DNA of 64,000 nt, from NCBI RefSeq assembly GCF_964355755.1, contig NC_092680.1, positions 4,526,001-4,590,000 on the forward strand, read 5' to 3'. Below are positions 53,835-64,000 of this stretch, piece after piece. The position numbers and the translations under genes are program-made. Below the pieces are notes generated by a model. It was not told the origin of the DNA. It did not search any database and saw only the letters and a program-made list of their open reading frames with translations. This DNA comes from Antedon mediterranea (Eukaryota > Animalia > Echinodermata). Within the stretch, counting starts at the first letter, position 1; each line of letters opens with the position of its first letter.

Positions 53835-54104
53835 CCCTTTGAAGACGTGGCCCATATCCCATACGGGGTAATTTACTGTCCCAGGACGCGAGGCCCGTAT
53901 ATGTTCAGGTTGACTTTTTGGAGTAACTGAATTGCACTTTTTGAGAATTTGACCATTGACCTAGGTAAAAAAAATGCTTTTTTTTTCGGAAGGCCAAAAC
54001 ATTTCACATCAAAATAAAATCAACAATTGCAGTTTTTTTAAATACCGGTACATTATTTAGCGTCAGTCACTTGGGGTAGAAACCTCGCGTCTTCCTTCAA
54101 AGGG
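53835..54104. mobile_element. piggyBac-type MITE (270 bp)
   Basis: TTAA|CCCTTTGAAG ... CTTCAAAGGG|TTAA: TTAA target duplication with CCC/GGG termini. Confidence 0.85.
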
Positions 54105-54213
54105 TTAAAGATTGAAATATTGCTATTATTTGGTAATGTTAATGTGATACGGAATTATTTTATATAGCATAATATTTGATGCTACTTAGCCAAGTTAGAG
54201 ATAGTCTGGTAAA

Positions 54214-57200
54214 ATGGAACAACAAGGATTGAATTACTTACGAGGATTTGCTGAATCGTTTAAGCGAAGTTTTAACATGCGAGTTTTAGCAGATGATACT
54301 GAGATTAAAGAAGCTTACAAAACAGCTCAAGAACGAGGAGAAGTATCTTTTAACAGAACAAAGCTTCTTATTCTGGGTGATCATGGTGCCGGGAAAACCT
54401 CGACTTGCAGGCGTTTTCGAGACAAAGATTTTCGGCCAGAAGAGCCTAGTACAATCGGAATAGAAACAAACACGGTTCAGGCAAAAGTCAGTGATGTTAA
54501 TAGTAAATGGTGCGAGGTAACAAACACTCCATTAGAAGACTATGAAAGTTCAGCAGCGTGGTGGACAGTATCACGTGTGCTTAAGCAAGGTAAAAATAAG
54601 CAACCAAAGACATGTAAACAATCTGAAAATGATGCAAATATGTCGATCCGAAAAATATTTGAGGACATACGTTACCTGCTGTTATATTATATTCCCATGA
54701 CTGTACTTTTCTGTTTTGGTGGACTTACTTTCGGGTTCGGACCGGTTGCATGGTTGTATATTATTTACCTTTCAAGAATTTGTGATGTTCACAGTGCCTA
54801 CCGCTTTGGTTGTGGGTACACTATATGTATGGTACTCATAGACAGTGCTACACAATTGAACGAACAGTTTTCTCAGCAACCTGTCGTTGAGTTCAATATT
54901 TGGCTTTATATGACTGCTGTTATAGTTGTTTTTTTGTATGAATTAGGATCATTCCTTGTTGGTGTACTTATGAGCGCAGGTGGAAGGACTGGTATTTGCT
55001 TAGCTTTTTGCCTCATGGTACATCCAAAACAGACTATTATTTCTATTGAAGTTTTTTTAGAAAAAATATCATTTATTCACAATATAATATACTTTGAGTT
55101 TGTAATTTCTGCAGTTATTTTAGTAGTTATTTTTAGACTTATGCATACCAAAATATTTTCGCTTAGTCGAAAAAAGTTATTCCTTGTATTTATACTAAAC
55201 ATAATGCTGATAATAACAGCAATATATTTCGAAAGGCAAAATTTTGTTGACATATTTACTTTGTTTTGCTTTATTTCATTCGTGTTTTTTGTACTGTGTG
55301 GAGTTTTTTTAGGAAGGCAATTTGTGGCGTATGGGTATTTCCCCAAACACTACATTTTAAAAAAGGTGATTGGGTTTATTGCTGGAATATATATTGGCAA
55401 AATGTGTGGTTGGAAATTTGACAATTTTAACCATCTCACTATCTTAGAGAAAGACCATAACCTTCCAAAATATTTGCTTAAAATGTTGTCATTTGTGGCA
55501 CCGATTTTGGGTTTTATTATCTACGAGTGGCATTCATATATGAAGGTAAAAAGTACGTCATCAATACCAATCGTGCATATTAGAAAATCAATGGAAGCAG
55601 ATCTACGAAACGAATGTTACATTGACGCCAGACTAAGTTTATGGGATTTTGCAGGACAAGAAATGTACTATAATACACACCATCTTTTTATGCCAAAGCA
55701 AGGCGTATACTTGGTTGTTTTCAACGCTGTAGAAGCGATTTCTAATCCTGATAGACACATTAAACGGCTACAATTCTGGTTACAATCTATTGCTATGCAT
55801 GTGGATATTGAGAATGTTATAGTGTTTCTTGTAGGAACAAGAAGAGGAAGTGTACGTGATGAAAAGGCGTTTTCAACCTTTGAGAGATTTGTAAATGCAC
55901 ATCTTTACAAAAGGTTTTCAAAATTGCTTGCTTTTCATCCAAGTGGACGACTTTGCTTTTTTATTGAAAACTCATTCAAAGTTGATAAGGAGCTTAACAT
56001 CTTACGAGAAAGGATATATATTGAAGTAAAGAAATTAGAATACTTTTGTGAAAAATTGTCTTTAAAATACTTATTATTTAAAAACACGTTGAATGGATTT
56101 CGTCATAGACAGTCAGTTATAACGAGTATAAAAGATATTGAAGATGAATTAAAGTTAACAAGCAAAAACGTTGTGATATTTGAGGTGCGTCAACTTTTGA
56201 ACATATTTGATAAATCTGGAGATATCATATACAATGAACTTGATGAACTACTTCAGAAATATGTTGTTTGTGATCCTCAGGTATTAATAGACATTCTGAA
56301 AGTATTAGTGAATGTACCTGAACCACACAGAAGAAACAGAACCGTGTCTGATCTTTGGCAGAGATTACAAGAATCAGGGATTTTAGACAGTAGAATAATG
56401 GAACACATTTGCCGAAATAAAGGAATTTGGAGAGTTTATCCTTATGTTATTCGGTACTTGGTGGGAGCACATATTATGTTTCCACTTACAATTACTGATA
56501 AAGTTGATCAAGTTGGAACATTTTGTCTTCCTTGCAAATTGCCCAAAATTGAGTTACAACAACGTGAACTTGATTATATTGATCGTACTTCTGACATATT
56601 TTATTTCGATTTTGGTGAGGTATTATTAGAATTTGTATTTCTTCGACTTGTTGCAAAATGCTGCAATGTGTTTGATTGGAATAATATATATTATAACTGT
56701 GCACGGTTTAGAGCAAGTGAAACATGTTTTTTTCAAATAAGCACTGACACAGTTTCTTCAGATAGTATTTTTTTATATGAGAGAAATATCATCAAACTTT
56801 CAGTTTCGAAAGAAATTCCGAGTCAGTCAGTAAATATCTTACAGAAAATGCTTATTTCGGTTGAAGAAATAATCAAACAGACATTTAATCCTGATTACTT
56901 TCGTGATCAGTATGTTTGTGGTCCAATATGTGAAATATGTAGTTCATTGGATGGAACGATGTGTTTGGTAAATCTGGTTGCAATAAGTAAAGCTGTTTCT
57001 GCTTTGAAGGAATACAGAGTAGATGAATACCACAAAGTTTATCGTGAACGAGAGGTAATTGTATTTATTTTAATTTGTGCAAAAGTTTTTTTTTAAGACC
57101 TCGTAGACCTAGTTATGGGAGCCTGTTAAGTTGAAACAGACATATTAAACATTTCATAATTTTGTTACTGTAGTAGGCTTTATTGTAAGTGAATGGAAAT

Positions 57201-57427
57201 ATTGGGGTTGGACACAGTAATGTTTTAGGTCTCAGTGACGTTTCTAATAACGTTTAAATAACAATTACACAAAGACTACTGAGGATGTACTGCTACAAGC
57301 AGTCTTCTGGTAAAATTTTGTAAAGTTCACACAATCAATACTTTATTTTAGCCATAAGCTAATTTAGTTTTAAAATGCTTTAATTTTGCAGTTCAGTTTT
57401 ACATGTAGCAGACCGATAACCACCTAG
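54214..57427 (+). CDS. Roco-family (ROC-COR) GTPase with multi-pass transmembrane insert, paralog 2 (~958 aa)
   Basis: Exons 54214-57054 and 57392-57427. GDHGAGKTS, STIGIE, WDFAGQEMYY, VGTRR and COR motifs as in paralog 1. Confidence 0.9.
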
Positions 57428-57744
57428 TCAAGATTCGAGAATTAATGCCTAATTAAGTGTATTCAGATTGCTAGCTGGTACCTATCACTACTGTAGATAT
57501 GCGGTCAGTTGTATATCATACATACCGATTTTGATACATTGTATAGAATACGGTGAGTTAAGTGTTTTTTAAAAATGTATTTTTTTATTATATAAGGCCT
57601 ACATAGAAATAGATGTTACATTGTGTTCTAACCTGGTTTATCGCACATGGCATACCCTGAAAATCATGATAATGAGTAATATAGTTTGAACATCGCATCA
57701 AATTAGAAATACCTTGTTATTGAAACCAAAACATAGAAAGAAAA

Positions 57745-57805
57745 GGCCCCATATACATGACTGCAGTCGCGTGCTCAAGTTAGTGTTTATCGACCAACCG
57801 ACATT
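57745..57805 (-). repeat. Short HINE-like repeat end, inverted relative to 63130-63200
   Basis: AGGCCCCATATACATGACTGCAGTCGCGTGCTCAAGTTAGTGTTTATCGACCAACCGAC is nearly the reverse complement of the insert within the MITE at 63005-63233. Confidence 0.65.
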
Positions 57806-58137
57806 TATGGTGTCAGTTCCAATTATAGATTTATGTGTATATTCTAAATTGCACATAACCCTAACTTTTCCGATGTTTACTAACATAGTATTAATACATC
57901 TTCCATAACATACGCCGTGTACACTTATTTGATTGCAGTTACTTACCGTAGAGGGATTGTATGGATATTACAATCAATAATATGTCATTAATGATTTTAT
58001 CTTGTGAATGGTTACACACAAACGTATAGTTTATTTACTAAATACAACTTACTGTACACGTTATATAACAAGTGAATTTGAAAGAATAAATTTGAAAGGA
58101 TACATTTGAAGATAAATTAGTCAGGTGAGTGTAAAAT

Positions 58138-58639
58138 GGAGGTTTATCTTACGAATACGATAACGAAAACGGATACGTAACGCACACGTATTCGTTTTTC
58201 GTAAGCCAGTAAAAATCTGTTTCGCATGGCAACGAAATATTGAGGGCGCCTTCCAAAATATGACTGCGGTAAATTTGAGCGAAGCGCAGGTACGTGTTGC
58301 TTGGTGCTTGGCTGCCTAGGCCTAGCGTAACAGCAAAGCGAGTGAGGACCTTAAAAACTGCTATTTATCAAAATCGACCTGGCATTTTAGTAAATTACTT
58401 TAGTAAATTACTTTCAATAAAAGTATAATTAAATTATAATCATGAATCATTCCTGATTCAAATGCAAAATGTGCAAAATAGATCAAAAACTATACTCGTT
58501 TTGTAGTTACGAATATGACTGGTGATATTCGTCAACACGAATACGCTTTACGAATATGAAATGGGGATCAGCTCAAAAGTTTCACAAATGTATGACGTAT
58601 CCGTTTTCGTTATCGTATTCGTAAGGTTGCGAAACCTCC
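58138..58639. mobile_element. ~500-bp non-autonomous TIR element upstream of Roco paralog 3
   Basis: GGAGGTTT..CTTACGAATACGATAACGAAAACGGATACGT ... ACGTATCCGTTTTCGTTATCGTATTCGTAAG..AAACCTCC (31-bp perfect inverted core). Confidence 0.8.
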
Positions 58640-59212
58640 CTAATGTATTTACTGTACGTTATTAGAATATTAGTCTTAGTGGAGAGAAATAGTGTGATTT
58701 ACAAACTTAACATATGCCTATCAAACCAAGATTTTGCTAAGGCAAATCAGTTTTCGATAAGTTACGTTGGAAAATGGAGAAGACATACGTGAAGGGAGGA
58801 AGTATTTTATATGCTTCATGTATGTTGTCAAGTTATATTCAATAGTATTATAAAACGATATACAGAATACAAAGAAGAACAAAAGTATACTTCACGGTCC
58901 TTGAATCACAGGTAGGATTAAAGCATTTTTCTTCAGGCAAGGTTATACTGAACTTTAAAAATACAATACTGATTTTGTTGATTACAAATAATACACACAG
59001 TACGATTATAATACAGAGTATAGACGATTGCATGTATGAATGGCAAAATCCGACTTATGAATTATTATGGCTGAGATACACAGTCAATTCTAAAACAAGC
59101 ACTAGTGTTATGCAGCTCAGTATTATTATAAAAGTGTATCCTTTTTTTATTTAAGCACGATTTCCGGCGAGCAGCAATCAATTTCATTCACATAATTTAA
59201 ATTAACCATAAG

Positions 59213-62200
59213 ATGGATAGCAAAATATTGAAATATTGGAAAGGATATACTGAATCTTTCAAACGTAGTTTCAACTTGCGAGTTTTAGCAGATGATACTG
59301 AGATTAAAGAAACCTACAAACAAGCTCAAGAAAAAGGAAAAGTACCTTTTAACAGAACCAAAGTTCTTATACTGGGTGATCATGGTGCCGGAAAAACGTC
59401 AACTTGCAGACGTTTACAGGGAAAAGATTTCCGACCAGAAGAGCCTAGTACAATCGGAATAGAAACAAACACCGTTGAGGCGAAGGTTAGTGATGTTAAT
59501 AGTAAATGGTGTGAAGTGACCAGCACTCCACTTGAAGATTATGAAAGTTCAGCGGCGTGGTGGACAGTATCACGTGTGCTTAAACAGGGTAAAAATAAAT
59601 CAAGTGGTTTGGTAGAAAATAATGCACAAGGAAAGATCCGAAAAATATTGGAAGACACATTTTACTTATTGTTGTATATTGTTCCTTTTACTGTTATACT
59701 GTGTTTTGGAGGTTTTACCTTCGGCTTTGGGCCAGTCGTGTGGTTATACATCGTTTGTATTATGGGAATATGTGATTTCCATAGTGCATATCGCTTTGGT
59801 TGTGGATATTCAATATGTATGGTCCTTATAGACAGCGCTACACAATTAAATGAACTGTTTACAAATTTACAAAGCATACAGTACAATATATGGATTTACG
59901 TGACTGCTGTTACGGTCGTTTGCATGTATGGAATTGGTTCGTTCCTCACCGGTGTGATTATGGGTACGGGTGGAAGGACTGGTATCTGTTTAGCATTGTG
60001 CTTCATGGTACATCCAAAACAGACAACTATCTCACTTAAAGTTTTTTTGGAAAAACTATCGTTGATTTACAATATAAAATACCTTGAGTTGGTAATTTCT
60101 GGAGTTATTATATCTGCAATTTTTAGGAGCATTCACAAATATATATTTGTACTTAGTCGAAGGAAGTATATTATTGTATTAATAATTATCATAATCTGTA
60201 TCATTGCAGCAACATACTTAGGAAGAAACGATATAGTTAACATATGTATTATATTTTGTTTTACGGCAATAATCTTTCTATTAATATGCGGGCTTATAAC
60301 TGCTAGAAAGGTTTATGTTTACGGGTATGCACCTAGAAATTACTTTATAAAGAAATCGTTTGGCTTTATAACGGGATTGTGTTTATCAAAGATGTGTGGT
60401 TGGCGACTTGAAAATGTAAGAACATTAATTCATTTATGTGATAGAAATAATCTTTCCAAATCACTGTATTTATTTAACTTATTTTCATTTTTTGCGCCAA
60501 TCATTGCATTTATTATCTACGAGTTGTTATGTTACATTAAAGTAAAAACTACGTCATCAATACCAGTAGTGCATATCAAAAAATCAATACAAGCAGATCT
60601 TCGAAACGAATGTTACATTGATGCCAGGCTAAGTTTATGGGATTTTGCAGGACAAGAAATGTACTATAATACACACCATCTGTTTATGCCAAAGCAAGGC
60701 GTATACTTGGTTATTTTCAACGCTGTAGAAGCCATTTCTAATCCTGATAGATACATTAAACGGCTACAATTCTGGTTACAATCTATTGCTATGCATGTTG
60801 ATATTGAGAATGTTGTAGTGTTTCTTGTAGGAACAAGAAGAGGAAGTGTAGGTGATGAAAATGCGTTTTCTACTTTTGAGAAAATTGTAAATGCACATCT
60901 TTACAAAAGGTTTTCTAGGTTGCTTGCTTTTCATCCAAGTGGACGACTTTGCTTTTTTATTGAAAACTCACTCAATCTTGATAAAGAACTTAATTTCTTG
61001 CGAGAAAGAATATATAATGAATTTACGAAATTAAGATACTTTAGCGAAAACTTTTCTGTCAAATATCTTTTATTTAAAAACACCCTAAATGGATTTCGAC
61101 ATAGACAGTGCATTATTGTGAATATAAAAGATATTGAAGATGAATTAAATTTGACAAGCAAAATCTTTGTGAAATATGAGATGCGTCAACTTCTGAATTT
61201 CTTTGATAAATCTGGAGATATCATATACAATGAACTTGATGAACTACTTCGGAATTATGTTGTTTGTGATCCTCAGATATTAATAGACATTCTGAAATTA
61301 TTAGTGAATGTACCTGAACCACACAGAAGAAACAGAGCCGTGTCTGATCTTTGGCAGAGATTACAAGAAACAGGGATTATTGATAGCAGGTTATTAGAAC
61401 ACATTTGCCGAATGAAAGGAATTTGGAGAGTTTATCCTTATGTTATTCGGTACTTGGTTGGAACACAGTTGATGTTTCCACTTACAATAACTAATCAAGT
61501 TGATCAAGTTGGGACATTTTGTCTTCCTTGTAAATTTCCCAAAATTGATTTACAACAATGTGAATTTAATTATAATTATCATAATTCGGACATATTTTAT
61601 TTCGATTTTGGTGAATTTTTACTAGAGTTTATATTTCTTCGACTTCTTCCAAAATTCTGCGAAACCTTTGATTGGATAAGGATCTATTATAACTGTGCAC
61701 ATTTCAGAGCAAGTGAAACATGTTTGTTTCAAATAAACACTGAAACAATTTCTTCTGGCAGTATTTTCTTATATGATAGAAATCTATTAAAACTTTCAGT
61801 GTCCAAAGTAATCCCGAGTAAATCAGTCGATATCTTACGGAAAATGCATACTTTCATTGAAGAGATAATCAAACAAACATTTAATCCGGATTACTTTCAT
61901 GATCAGTATCTTTTTGGTCCAGTATGTGAAAGATGTAGTTCTTTGGATGGAACGATGTGTCTGGTGAATCTTGTTGGCTCAAGTAACAATGTTTCTCCAT
62001 TGAATGAATACAAAGTAGATGAATATCACACTGTGTATAGTAAATCAAAGGTAATATTTTGTTTATTGTTTTGCTTTAGTATTTTCTCTTTTGGTGAGAT
62101 TTAACACATCTTTTTTAATTAACCAGCCTATAAATCCAGAATAGGCGTACACAATATATTGTGTGTTATTTAATAATTTTATTTATGAATGTTAATTTTG

Positions 62201-62254
62201 CAGTTCAGTTTTACCTGCAGTAGACCAATCAGTTTCACCCAGACAAGTGTTTGA
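59213..62254 (+). CDS. Roco-family (ROC-COR) GTPase with multi-pass transmembrane insert, paralog 3 (~962 aa)
   Basis: Exons 59213-62050 and 62204-62254. Same G motifs and COR; ends FSFTCSRPISFTQTSV*. Confidence 0.9.
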
Positions 62255-63004
62255 GAAGTTGCTACAGCTTTTAATAGTTTATAATGTTAGTTATTTACTA
62301 TCTACACACATGTTCTATCGATATGCACATTGTTAATGGCAGATAATATTCAATAATCTAGAAAGTTTATGTTAAATAACATGCTTGATGATTCGTTCAA
62401 TATGGATATAATAGTGTTTATAATATAATGTATATGGTCAACGTAAGGATAGAGATTAATTTAATAATAAATTATATTTTGTATTGAAATTATTATAGAT
62501 TGCCATCGTCATAATATTGCATGGTTATCAAATGTTAAATCTATGTAGCAACTTATTACATTACATAAAAGAAGGTATCAGTTCAACCGAGTTGAATACA
62601 TATGTCAATAAAGATGCATAGAATGTAAAAGCAAATCAAATTAGTAATTAAAACAAAACTTATAATATTGAAATTGTGGAGTAAATTAATAAACAAAATT
62701 AATTGTGCGGTATTATTGTTATGTATGTGCCTACGTAATCATACATGTCTTTATGTAATTTACTACTTTCTATTGTAGAATAATATACAATGTATATATT
62801 ATTTACCGGTGATAATATTATTTAAAGTAAAATGTCCCTGTGAAAACGTTTGAACTACAAACCAATGACTGGGGCGGTACATCTGTCAAATGATAACGCA
62901 GGCGAGCTCAGCGAGGACGTAAACCTCGCGTAGAACAAAAGGGCAAGCTCGCTTTATTTTGATTTTCAATATGTTTAATGTGTAACAAAACTACCAAATG
63001 TTCC

Positions 63005-63233
63005 ATCTGTCTACTATCAAAATATTTTGACAAAATATGGTATTGATATTTCGAAATATGGTAGTGATATGACATCATCATATCCATATATGGGCACATC
63101 ACATCACATCACATCACTCTACAGCTCACTATGTCGGTCGGTCGGTTGGTCGGTAAACACTAACTTGAGCACGCGACTGCAGCCATGTATATGGCCTTGT
63201 TGTCACATAAAGTTTGATAGTGTAGACAGAGCT
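63005..63233. mobile_element. Harbinger-type MITE family A copy carrying a nested short repeat
   Basis: Degenerate left TIR and intact right TIR followed by TAA; foreign insert at ~63115-63200. Confidence 0.75.
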
Positions 63234-64000
63234 TAAGGCGTTGTCTGCTTATCGTGAGAACGAATTCAGCAAGTTCACACATTTATTTTGCAATGTTGAC
63301 TATTAGCAATACTGTTGATTTTTCCTTTTGATTGCATTTGAATACATGATTCACAATAAGAAGTTACATTTTCTTTACTGTAAACACTATACGTTGGTGT
63401 ATAATTTATATTCTTTGTTTTAAAATGGCTGTTTGATACACAGTTTGATCGTATATATTATAATGAATATAGGGACCGAAAACAGAATATTATAAATCAC
63501 ATTGGCACTCGGATACCCTAAAAGGCCATTTATACAAACTAAACAGCAAATGAAAGTAAAACAAACAGAAGAATCTAAAAAGAAAGATACAATCAGGAAT
63601 ATAAACGGTTTGGTTATCCTACTTTCCTCGTCTTATCACAAAGAGTCAGAAAATATGTTAAAAGAATTTTGCATCAACACAACCAGTAATCACGCTATAA
63701 ACAGAAATGGGCATATAATAATTGACAAAAATCGAACACTTAAGATCGGATTATAGAAGAATATGTGGATCCGACAAAGAAGAAATGATATCACCCTAAA
63801 TTTAAACAGAATTGGCCCTCTAGAGGGCAATCTGTTTAGTGACAGAGAGTCATTCTTCTGAAGAGACTGTTAGTGAAAAGAACTAAACTGGAAAGGTAAC
63901 TTTTTAACCTCTTATATTTTTATATTTTCTTTTAAGATACTGTTTTGTTTTGTTTTTTTTTAACTAGTTATTTTAGTTGTTCTATGTCAATTAAAAAAAA

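Noticed and set aside
48820-61161. Short antisense and alternate-frame ORFs within the Roco genes
   Set aside because: Shadow ORFs; their similarity merely reflects paralogy of the sense genes.
48131-62254. Bacterial operon or horizontally acquired defence island
   Set aside because: Genes have conserved spliceosomal introns, are separated by kilobases containing eukaryotic MITEs, and match the surrounding base composition.
63502-63756. 84-aa ORF starting with GYP..FI, reminiscent of Penelope-like element sequence
   Set aside because: Too short and degenerate to support; no RT or GIY-YIG motif seen.

Overview
AT-rich, intron-rich animal genomic DNA, most likely from a marine invertebrate; the taxon cannot be fixed from sequence alone. 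Left to right it holds: a 193-bp tandem satellite; a spliced dystrobrevin gene (+, 16-17 coding exons, 8785-39274) whose introns contain transposon debris (CR1/L2-type LINE, tRNA-SINEs, many Harbinger-type MITEs, and a Helentron-type element with a 4.3-kb TIR element nested inside); an array of nested palindromes; a Ctr1/SLC31 copper transporter (-) with a His/Met-rich N-terminus; and three tandem paralogous Roco (ROC-COR) GTPase genes (+). The main observation is the Roco cluster. Each ~960-aa protein lacks LRR and kinase domains. Its ROC G-domain is split between switch I (G2) and the DxxG motif (G3) by a ~390-aa insert with about 8-10 hydrophobic helices, which would make it a polytopic membrane protein with a split GTPase. 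The G4 motif is non-canonical, the membrane part diverges fast while the GTPase/COR part is homogenised, and immune-type promoter motifs lie nearby. All gene models are hand-derived from splice signals and recognised motifs; no database search was run.
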